Origin: Candidatus Multivoradales bacterium
GTDB lineage: Bacteria; Acidobacteriota; Thermoanaerobaculia; Multivoradales; JAHEKO01
Length of the DNA stretch: 64,000 nucleotides
Assembly: GCA_965248055.1 (NCBI GenBank)
Contig: CBDFIJ010000004.1
Coordinates: 3,104,001-3,168,000, forward strand
Direction: 5' to 3'
Both the position numbers and the translations under genes were made by a program. Below the pieces are notes generated by a model. It was not told the origin of the DNA and did not search any database. It saw only the letters and a program-made list of their open reading frames with translations. Below, in pieces: positions 56,022 to 64,000 of the stretch; position 1 is the stretch's first letter; each line of letters opens with the position of its first letter.

Positions 56022-58958
56022 TTAACTGGCCGGCGCCGCTTCAGTCGATTCCGGGGCGGCTTCCTGTTTTTCCGGGTAGAGCACTCCGAGCACGTAGTTT
56101 TCCAAACTGAAGTATCGCTCGGCGGTTTGTTGCAGTGTCTCCGGCGTCAAGTTGTCGAGCAACTGATCGTGATCCAGAAGCACCAACGGATCCCAGCCGT
56201 GGCGGTAGTACTCGGTCAGGGCGCGCAGCCAAAATCCGTTTTCTCGCATCAGCGTCTCCCGCCGACGACGTTGTTGCTCGCGAACCTTGGTGGTGTAGCT
56301 CTCAGCGAGGCCCTCAGCTTTGACCACTTCCAGTTCTGCGAACACCCGTTCGACCATCTCATCGACATTCTCTGGTGAGCAGCCAAATTCGATCGTCACT
56401 TTGTACCCCGGTGCCGGTCGATCCGATAGATCGCTGGAGACCCGAACCCCGTAGGTGGCACCCATTTCCTCGCGCAGAACCTCGCGCAGGCGAATCGATA
56501 GGGCTTGTGAGGTGGAGCGCAGGTCGTACAGTTCTTGGACCCCGAATGGGGCGGCACCAGAGAAGATCAAGCGCACCTGACTCTTGGGTTCCAGGCCGCT
56601 GAAGACCTCGACCTGTTGCACCCCGTCCGGGCCCTCGACACCGATGTTTTTCCAGGTCTCCTCGCGCTCTGCCCCCGGCAGGCTGGCCAGGTAGGTAGTG
56701 ATCAAGGGTTTGATCGCCTCCAGTTCAAAGGAGCCGACGATGACGAAGGTGAAGTCGCTTGCGTCGCCAAACCGATCCTGGTAAACCGACGACGCTTTGT
56801 CCAGGTCGACCTTGGCGAGCATTTCGCGGTCGGGTGGTCGCCGTCGAGGATGGTTTCCGGTGAGCACGCCATTGAGCCGATCGTCGAACTGCACCTGAGG
56901 CAAGCTGGCGCGATTGTAGACCCAACCGCGGATCCGTCCCATCACCGCTTGGTAAGCGTTGGCGTCCATTCGGGGTTGGGTGAATGCCAGGTGGACCAAC
57001 TGAAACATGTCCTGCAGATCCCGCGACGAGGCACTGGCGTCGAGGCCTTCTTCGAGTTCGTCGATGTAAGGGGAAACTTGCACCGTCTTGCCGGCCAAGA
57101 CTTTGCTCAGGTCGATGGGATCAAACGCTCCCATACCGCTTTCTTCAACGAAGGTGGTGGCGAGCAGTGAGGAAGCGTAGTCGTCATCACCGACCACCGA
57201 GTTGCCACCGGGACTGAAAGCCGATACCAGCACTTGATCGGAACGAAAGTCGGTGGGCTTGAGAACCACGGTTGTACCATTGCTCAGGGTCCAGACGGTG
57301 ATCCCGAGCTCTTCAACCGACTGTTCGGAGACGATCTCTCCGGCTTCGGGGATTTCGGCCAACAACGGTTGATCGGGAACGTCGTCGACGTAGGGTTCCA
57401 ATTTGGTTTTCTTGACTTTCTCGAAGATCGCCAGAGCTTCTTTCTGTTTTGGCATGCGATCGCGATGGCGATCGGGTGCGCTCACCAGGATCACTCGATT
57501 GGAGTCGTCCAAACTGCGGGCGGCCAGAGCGTTCATTTCTTTCAAGTCCAGCGGCGGAACGAACTGCTGTACCAGTTCCAGTTCGACAGCGATTCCAGGA
57601 GTCGGTTCCTGAACCAGGAACACCCGGCTGTACTCGGAGGCATAGTCGCTGGAATCGGCAGCGTTGGTGTCTTGGGCCGCGCGCTCATAGGTGCGGATGT
57701 ACTGCGCTCTCGCCCGGTCGAGTTCGGACTGGGAAAAACCGAACTGTGCCAGGCGTTCTACCTCGGTCAATAGGGCGGTCATGCCCTTGGCGACCTCCCC
57801 TTCGCCGACCGCTGCAACTAGGGTGGAAACGTGCTTGGAGCGTACAAACCGTCCCGAAGACGAGTTGGCGACCAAGAACGGTGGGTTGGGTTGTCGGGTG
57901 AATTCCTCCAACCGAGCGTTGACCATCATGTGGTAAATCCGCTCCACGATCCATTGGCGATAGTCGCGCACTCTGCCCTCGGGGCGTCGCGGCAGCTTGT
58001 TGAAGATCGCGAAAGTAGTGCCTGCCGCCTCGGGGTCGGTTGCCACCCCGTACAGGGTTTCTTCATGGTCTGGGATCGGGTGGATGATTCGCGGCTTGGC
58101 TTCCTCCGGGTTGGTCAACCCGGAGAATCTGGCGGCAAGCTTGGCCGCCATCTGCTCTCGGTCGATGTCACCCACTGCGATCACCGCCATTAGGTCGGGC
58201 CGGTACCAATCGTGATAAAAGTCTTTCAACCGTTGTGCCGGTGCGTTCTTGAGAATCTCAGGAGTACCGATCGGCAGGCGTTCGGCGTAGACCGAATCTT
58301 GAAACAAGATGGGAAATTGTTGGTCGCGAAGGCGTGAGCCAAAGCCCAGGCCCAGTCGCCATTCTTCGGTCACCACCCCCCGTTCGCGATCGACCTCTTG
58401 GTCGTCAAAGGTCACGGCGCTAGCCCACTGGTGCAGGATGTCGAGGCCGGTGTCGACCAATTCCTCTGAATCGGTGGGCACCCGCAACATATAGACCGTC
58501 TCGTCGAAACTAGTCGTCGCGTTGATGTCGGGGCCAAAACGCATGCCGATGGTTTCGAGGTAGTTCACCAGCTCTAGGCGTTGGTATTTTTCCGTGCCGT
58601 TAAACGCCATGTGCTCAACAAAATGAGCCAGCCCGCGCTGATCGGCGTCCTCTAGCGTTGACCCGGCGTTGACCACCAACCACAACTCAACCCGAGCCTC
58701 AGGCGTCTCGTTTTGGCGCACGTAGTAGGTCAAGCCGTTGTCCAGCTTGCCGACGGTCAGCACTGGATCTACGGTGAGATCTTGATCCAGTTTGTTCGCC
58801 CAGTCTTGAGCGGCGACCGGTGCGGCGATGGTCGCGAGCACGGCGACCGCGAGCAGAGTAGTTCTGAGAACGGCAATTCTGAGAACAGGTGCGTACCGTA
58901 AGCGACAAGAGACAGCGGGTACGGCGTTTCGGAGCACAGTTGGTTTGGTCATATTCAT
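56022..58958 (-). CDS. PqqL-like M16 zinc protease
   Basis: GLAHFVEHMAFNG, NATTSFDETVY and LREEMGATYGV motifs; signal peptide. Confidence 0.93.
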   Translation of the reverse strand: MNMTKPTVLRNAVPAVSCRLRYAPVLRIAVLRTTLLAVAVLATIAAPVAAQDWANKLDQDLTVDPVLTVGKLDNGLTYYVRQNETPEARVELWLVVNAGSTLEDADQRGLAHFVEHMAFNGTEKYQRLELVNYLETIGMRFGPDINATTSFDETVYMLRVPTDSEELVDTGLDILHQWASAVTFDDQEVDRERGVVTEEWRLGLGFGSRLRDQQFPILFQDSVYAERLPIGTPEILKNAPAQRLKDFYHDWYRPDLMAVIAVGDIDREQMAAKLAARFSGLTNPEEAKPRIIHPIPDHEETLYGVATDPEAAGTTFAIFNKLPRRPEGRVRDYRQWIVERIYHMMVNARLEEFTRQPNPPFLVANSSSGRFVRSKHVSTLVAAVGEGEVAKGMTALLTEVERLAQFGFSQSELDRARAQYIRTYERAAQDTNAADSSDYASEYSRVFLVQEPTPGIAVELELVQQFVPPLDLKEMNALAARSLDDSNRVILVSAPDRHRDRMPKQKEALAIFEKVKKTKLEPYVDDVPDQPLLAEIPEAGEIVSEQSVEELGITVWTLSNGTTVVLKPTDFRSDQVLVSAFSPGGNSVVGDDDYASSLLATTFVEESGMGAFDPIDLSKVLAGKTVQVSPYIDELEEGLDASASSRDLQDMFQLVHLAFTQPRMDANAYQAVMGRIRGWVYNRASLPQVQFDDRLNGVLTGNHPRRRPPDREMLAKVDLDKASSVYQDRFGDASDFTFVIVGSFELEAIKPLITTYLASLPGAEREETWKNIGVEGPDGVQQVEVFSGLEPKSQVRLIFSGAAPFGVQELYDLRSTSQALSIRLREVLREEMGATYGVRVSSDLSDRPAPGYKVTIEFGCSPENVDEMVERVFAELEVVKAEGLAESYTTKVREQQRRRRETLMRENGFWLRALTEYYRHGWDPLVLLDHDQLLDNLTPETLQQTAERYFSLENYVLGVLYPEKQEAAPESTEAAPAS

Positions 58959-59034
58959 TACAGGGCGCTTTACTGCAGGATCGCTGCCGAATATGGCCTT
59001 CCGATCCGGGAACTCAGAAAAGTATACGGCTGGT

Positions 59035-61635
59035 TTAGGAAACTTGTTCTAGCAGGCGGGCGAGTGCAGTTTGCAGGTCTGGTTGGGTTTCCATTAGCCC
59101 AGCCAGAGGGTCGGTCTTCTGACGCCCGACGCGAGCGGCGAGGTTGCCCAGATGAAACTTTCCTGGGGTCAGAGATGCATTGACCTCGGACCAGCGCAGG
59201 GGGGTGGACACCGGGGCACCGACAAAGGGTCGCACACTGTAGGGAGCGACCAGCAACCTGCCGTGACCGTTTTGCAGGAAGTCAACATAGACCTTGCCCT
59301 GACGCTGAGCCAAACGGCGGGTGGTGGTGGCGATTTCGGGTTGTTCAGCGATCGTCCATTGAGCGATCAACCCGGCCAACTGGCGGCTTTGTTCATGGGT
59401 CAACTGTCCACCCAGTGGAATGAGAATGTGCAAGCCGCTGCCGCCGCTGGTCTTGGGGTAGCTGGGCAAAGCGATCTTCTCCAGTAGCCGGTGGATGGTG
59501 CGAGCGATAGTCACCACGTGCGCAAACGGTGCCTCTTTGGGATCCAAGTCCAGAATGCACCAGTCGGGGTGAGCCAGCGAACCGATTCGGCTCGACCAAA
59601 TATGCAACGGGATGGCACCTAGGTTGGCGATGTAGAGCAATGACGCCAGATCGTCGCAAACAAAATAGGTGGTCGGTTGGTCGGCGTCGTCGGCGCCTAT
59701 GTCTTCAGTATGCATCCAATCGGGGGCGAAGTCGGGAGCGTTTTTTTGGTAGAAGGATTTGCCGTGTATGCCGTCGGGATAACGATCCAAAACCAGAGGC
59801 CGATCGCGAAGCCAGGGCAAGAGTTGAGGAGCCACCGAACGGTAGTAGGCAACTAGGTCACCTTTGTTCAAGCCATCTTCGGGCCAGAAAACCTTGTGCG
59901 GTCGGGTGATCTCGATCTCGTCCGCTTGCGGGCGTGCGACGACATCGACTTCGGGGATTGGCTGGCCGGGCCAGCGACAGTCGGCCGGGTCTTTGTCGCT
60001 GCGGAGACGCAAGAACACCGGGTGGCGCAAGAATCCAGATGGCGTCACCTCGCTGAAGCGCACCTCGACCACCTGCAGAGGGTGCAGCCAAACGTGGTTC
60101 GAACCCTTGGGGAGATCTCCCTGACAGATCGGCGCCGGGGTAACACTCCCAGCCAACCCGCGCCCAATCTGTTCGGCTACAGCTTGACTGAAGCCACTGC
60201 CGACCGCGCCGACATAGGTCAATAGATCCTGGTCCCAGATCGCCAGATGAAGAGCGGCAAACGAGACGCTCTCCGCATTGGAGTCGTTGCTTGTAGTGGC
60301 CGGGCCGATGTTTTTCGGCAGGGTGTAGCCGACCACGACGAAGTCCTCGCTCTTGTCGGCGCGGATTTTCTGCCAGCGATCCGAACGGCCTTTGCGATAG
60401 TGACTGCTGGCGTCCTTGGCGACGATGCCCTCAAGGTCTAGCTTGCGGGCGGCTCGATAGAATTCAGTGCCTCTGGCCTCAATGTGATCGGTGTAGCGCA
60501 CCGCACCCTGCCCGGGCAGGACTTGGCGCAGCAGCTTCTTGCGCTGCTGCAGCGGGATCTGACGTAGGTCGTAGCCTTCCAACATCAACAGGTCAAAGAC
60601 CATGTAGGTGACCGGCGTTTCTACGGTCGCTCTTTCAATTTCAAACCGATTGCGCGTCTGAGCCCGTTTCTGAAGCGCCGAGAAACTGGGCTTGCCGTCG
60701 GAATTGAGGACGACGATTTCTCCGTCGAAGACGAATTGATTGAAGGGCAGCGCGGTCAGGGTGCGGGTGATCTCCGGGAACACCTTGGCGACGTGTTGAC
60801 CGTTGCGGGTGCTCAGGTCCACGCCGGCCCCCCGTCCAAAGGGATTGGCTCCCTTGCTCTGGCTTTGATCTTTGGCGGCTAGGATTCGATGACCGTCATA
60901 TTTGAGCTCAAACAACCATCCAGGACGGTCGAAAGGTTCGGCCGTGAGCTGGGCGAGCATCGGCGAAAGTTCCACCTCGCTGACGATCGCGGTCGGTGCG
61001 CCCAGCTCGCCAAGTTGTTGGCGCAGTTCGGTGCGAACCGTGCCGGCCTCAGCCAGCTGGTGCACTGTGAGCCCGGACAAGACCGAAGTTTCGGCGAACG
61101 GCTGATCTTCTTCCTCGCGCGACCATGCGTCCGGCTTCTTGATGAACAGCCACTCTTTGGGGTTGCGCGAGGTGCGCACCAAGGTCCACAGCCCGCGCAG
61201 CTTGTAGCCGTAGAGGTCGAACAACAGTTTGCCGTCGGCCAGACTGGTGGCGGGGTCGAGGTGGGACACCCAGCGACCTCGATCCCAAATAATCATCGCC
61301 CCCGCGCCGTAGTTGCCCTTGGGGATGACGCCCTCGAAGTCGGCGTAATCGAGGGGGTGATCCTCGGTCTCCACCGCCAAGCGCTTCTCGCTTGGATCTG
61401 CGGAGATTCCCTTGGGAACCGCCCAGGAATGCAGGGTGCCGTCGATCTCCAGGCGCAAGTCGTAGTGCAGTGCACGAGCGTCGTGGCACTGAACGACGAA
61501 GGCTCCTGGGCGCTGTTGTGTGGAGTCGCCAAACGGTTCTGGGGTCGAGCCGCGCTGACGTTTCTGACGATACTTGTCGAGACGGTCTTTGCCTTGGGCG
61601 GCAGCGGACTCCGGGTTTGAGGGCTTGGCGGTCAA
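59035..61635 (-). CDS. ligD: NHEJ DNA ligase D (phosphoesterase-ligase-polymerase)
   Basis: HYDLRLE...SWAVPKG; ELKYDG and EGIVAK; RYPDGI, DLDP and KTSGGSGLH. Confidence 0.96.
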   Translation of the reverse strand: MTAKPSNPESAAAQGKDRLDKYRQKRQRGSTPEPFGDSTQQRPGAFVVQCHDARALHYDLRLEIDGTLHSWAVPKGISADPSEKRLAVETEDHPLDYADFEGVIPKGNYGAGAMIIWDRGRWVSHLDPATSLADGKLLFDLYGYKLRGLWTLVRTSRNPKEWLFIKKPDAWSREEEDQPFAETSVLSGLTVHQLAEAGTVRTELRQQLGELGAPTAIVSEVELSPMLAQLTAEPFDRPGWLFELKYDGHRILAAKDQSQSKGANPFGRGAGVDLSTRNGQHVAKVFPEITRTLTALPFNQFVFDGEIVVLNSDGKPSFSALQKRAQTRNRFEIERATVETPVTYMVFDLLMLEGYDLRQIPLQQRKKLLRQVLPGQGAVRYTDHIEARGTEFYRAARKLDLEGIVAKDASSHYRKGRSDRWQKIRADKSEDFVVVGYTLPKNIGPATTSNDSNAESVSFAALHLAIWDQDLLTYVGAVGSGFSQAVAEQIGRGLAGSVTPAPICQGDLPKGSNHVWLHPLQVVEVRFSEVTPSGFLRHPVFLRLRSDKDPADCRWPGQPIPEVDVVARPQADEIEITRPHKVFWPEDGLNKGDLVAYYRSVAPQLLPWLRDRPLVLDRYPDGIHGKSFYQKNAPDFAPDWMHTEDIGADDADQPTTYFVCDDLASLLYIANLGAIPLHIWSSRIGSLAHPDWCILDLDPKEAPFAHVVTIARTIHRLLEKIALPSYPKTSGGSGLHILIPLGGQLTHEQSRQLAGLIAQWTIAEQPEIATTTRRLAQRQGKVYVDFLQNGHGRLLVAPYSVRPFVGAPVSTPLRWSEVNASLTPGKFHLGNLAARVGRQKTDPLAGLMETQPDLQTALARLLEQVS

Positions 61636-61656
61636 CGGAAAGTGTAGGATTTAGCG

Positions 61657-62508
61657 ATGAGTGCTCGACCGATAGCAACTGGAACTGTGTCTTTTGGCTT
61701 GGTGGCAATCCCGATCAAGATGTATTCGACGGCTGAAAGTTCTCAGACCGTTCGCTTCAACATGATTCACGAGAAGTGTGGCACACGAGTTAAGTATAAG
61801 TACTACTGCCCGACCGACGACGAGATCGTCGAACGCAGCGACCTGACCAAGGGCTTCGAATACACCAAAGGCAAGTTCGTTTTGTTCTCCCCAGAGGAGC
61901 TCAAAGCGCTGACCCCGGATCCGACTCACTCGATCGAGATTACCGAGTTCGTTCCATCTGAGACCGTCGACCCGCTGTATTTTGACAAAGCGTATTTTCT
62001 TGGCCCAGACAAAGGCGGGGCTCGACCGTATCGATTGTTGGGCGAGGCGATGCGCCAGACTGGTCGGGTTGCGCTGGCGCGCTACGCGGCGCGTGGCAAG
62101 GACTACGTGGTGTTAGTACGACCTTTTGAACAGGGGTTGGTGATGCAGCAGCTTTTCTATGGCGAGGAAGTTCGCGGCTTGGATCAAGTGCCGATCGAAG
62201 AGGCCTCAATCAAGGACTCCGAACTTGAGTTGGCGGTGCAGTTGGTGGAACAAATCGCCAAAGAAACTTTCGACCCCAAGGCCTATCGCGACGAAGTGCG
62301 CGACCAGATCTGGGGTTTGATTGAGTCCAAGATTGAAGGGCAAGAAATCGTCGCCGCCCTTCCTGACGAACCCAAGGCGCAAATCATCGACTTGATGGAA
62401 GCCTTGAAAGCAAGCCTCGGGGAGTCCGAGGGGGCCGCCCAGGAGCAGAGAAAGGCGGCCAAGGCCTCGCGACCTCGAGTGGCTTCAAAGAAGGCAGCGA
62501 AAGGATAA
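61657..62508 (+). CDS. ku: NHEJ Ku protein
   Basis: GTVSFGLVAIPIK start, YFDKAYFLGP, IDLMEALKASL and a basic tail. Confidence 0.96.
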   Translation: MSARPIATGTVSFGLVAIPIKMYSTAESSQTVRFNMIHEKCGTRVKYKYYCPTDDEIVERSDLTKGFEYTKGKFVLFSPEELKALTPDPTHSIEITEFVPSETVDPLYFDKAYFLGPDKGGARPYRLLGEAMRQTGRVALARYAARGKDYVVLVRPFEQGLVMQQLFYGEEVRGLDQVPIEEASIKDSELELAVQLVEQIAKETFDPKAYRDEVRDQIWGLIESKIEGQEIVAALPDEPKAQIIDLMEALKASLGESEGAAQEQRKAAKASRPRVASKKAAKG

Positions 62509-63336
62509 ATGTCCGCCCAGCCAGCAAAACCAGGCAACTTGATCGGCGTCTATTCGGCGCCGCAGTTGGCTCGACTGGTGGGCGTGAGTCCAACAGTTGT
62601 CCGGCGTTACGCGCTGGCGGGAATTCTCGGAGAAGGAGATGGCTCGGGTCGCTTCGGGTTTGCCGATGTGGTTTTGTTGCGGGCGATTCAAGAACTACTG
62701 CAAGCGAGAATTTCCTCTCATCGCATTTGTCGAGCGCTGGAGCGGTTGCGTGGTGAACTGCCAGCCGGCATGCCGGTGAGTGCCGCCTCGATTGCCGCCG
62801 AAGCAGGCCACATCGTTGCTCGTTTTGAGGCCGATGTTTGGGACCTGGAAAGTGGCCAGCGAGTGCTGGATCTAAGCCGCCCGAACGGCGACTCTGGGGA
62901 GGCGACGGTGGCTCCGGTGGGGCAGAGAGTCGAGGAATGGTTTGCCCAAGCGTTGGCGGCCGAGGATTCAGATCCAGAAGACGCCGCACGGCTCTATCGT
63001 CGGGTTTTGGCGCTCGATCGCGACCACCCGGAGGCCCATCTAAATCTGGGGCGTCTGCTGCACGAGCGGGGTGATTTGTACCTCGCAGAACGCCACTACC
63101 GTCGGGCGATCGCCGTGCATGATCAAGATCCCACCGCCTGGTTCAACTTGGGTGTGGTGTTGGAGGATCGTAGCCGTCGACAGGCAGCGGTTGAGGCGTA
63201 CCAGAAGGCGACTGGCCTCGACGATACTTACGCCGATGCTTTTTTCAATCTCGGAAACCTCTATCAGCATCTCGGCGAAACGAGTGCGGCGGTGGGCTGT
63301 TTTAAGCGATACCGCGAATTGATCCAGGATTCTTGA
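62509..63336 (+). CDS. MerR-type HTH plus TPR protein
   Basis: YSAPQLARLVGVS...FGFADVVLLR HTH; TPRs (AHLNLG, AWFNLG, AFFNLG); abuts the ku stop. Confidence 0.85.
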   Translation: MSAQPAKPGNLIGVYSAPQLARLVGVSPTVVRRYALAGILGEGDGSGRFGFADVVLLRAIQELLQARISSHRICRALERLRGELPAGMPVSAASIAAEAGHIVARFEADVWDLESGQRVLDLSRPNGDSGEATVAPVGQRVEEWFAQALAAEDSDPEDAARLYRRVLALDRDHPEAHLNLGRLLHERGDLYLAERHYRRAIAVHDQDPTAWFNLGVVLEDRSRRQAAVEAYQKATGLDDTYADAFFNLGNLYQHLGETSAAVGCFKRYRELIQDS

Positions 63337-64000
63337 TGCAAGCGCAACGTGGAGGCCCGAATTGGGGGCTGACCGGACCGATTCCGACCGACATTGCGGT
63401 CTTGATCGGCGTTTTGTTCTTTACCTTTAGCTGCCAATTCTTTGAATTGGGGCGCCCGTTGGTCAGCGCCCTCAGGTTGAGTCAAGAGGCTTGGCACTCG
63501 GGACAGATATGGAGATTGGCGAGCTACCCGATGGCTGGCTCCGGGATGCCCGGATTGTGGATTGTGGTTGAGTGGCTGGTGTTATTTATGTTCGCCCGCA
63601 CGATTTTTTTCCAACTGGGCCGGCGGCGGTTTTGGCGCACCCTGGCTACGGCGGCGGTGATTGCAGCGGTGGTGGCGTTGTTGGTCGACGCGATCACCGG
63701 TACTGGTGGGGGTGCCGGCGGCGTTGGCTTTGTATTGATGCAAGGGCAGCGGATGGTGCTGGCGATCGTGATTGCCGCCTTCGCGACGCTGAATCGCAGT
63801 GCCACGGTGTTGCTTTTCTTTGTCCTACCGGTAAAGGCGGGTTGGTTCTTGGGAATTGAGATTCTGTTTGCCTTTCTCGGCTATCTCTCGAGTGGTGATT
63901 TTCCGGGATTCGTCGGCATTGCGGTGGCGGTTGGGGTGACCTTTTGGCTGCTCGATGGCGGCAGTGCTCGACAATTTCGTCTGCGACTAGAGGAGCGCTG
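63336..64000 (+). CDS. Rhomboid-like multi-TM protein, truncated by window end (absent from ORF track)
   Basis: ATG overlaps the upstream TGA; frame open to the window end; GQIWRLASYP, LGRRRF and LLFFVLPVKA resemble the rhomboid superfamily; no GxSG seen. Confidence 0.6.
   Translation, partial: MQAQRGGPNWGLTGPIPTDIAVLIGVLFFTFSCQFFELGRPLVSALRLSQEAWHSGQIWRLASYPMAGSGMPGLWIVVEWLVLFMFARTIFFQLGRRRFWRTLATAAVIAAVVALLVDAITGTGGGAGGVGFVLMQGQRMVLAIVIAAFATLNRSATVLLFFVLPVKAGWFLGIEILFAFLGYLSSGDFPGFVGIAVAVGVTFWLLDGGSARQFRLRLEER

Overview
GC-rich bacterial chromosomal window; gene content loosely suggests Acidobacteriota, which is inference only. The left 26.5 kb is accessory. It starts with an IS481 remnant, followed by three near-identical ~6.7 kb tandem genes for giant secreted proteins (discoidin/F-type lectin, Ca-binding DxDxDG repeats, GEVED, C-terminal gingipain-like C25 peptidase). 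The copies are mosaic, have different upstream regions and each ends in the same palindromic repeat. Next is a REP-rich hotspot with a complete IS3 (GTT target duplication) and an IS110 inserted at a CT core in a GTAG-type REP; its bridge RNA guides and circle-junction promoter can be read from the sequence. The right 37.5 kb is mostly housekeeping: TerC, PDZ protein, PHP metallohydrolase, glutamate synthase-like FMN protein, three M16 peptidases, NSS transporter with a missed small subunit, C-N hydrolase, MltA, a UGA/SECIS DUF3179 selenoprotein, amidohydrolase, efp, recJ, dipeptidase, a frameshifted type IIG R-M gene, AlkA, ABC-F and LigD/Ku/MerR-TPR. Three palindromic repeat families occur, two with tandem expansions. 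I saw no rRNA, tRNA or CRISPR array. Family calls rest on motif recognition, not database searches.
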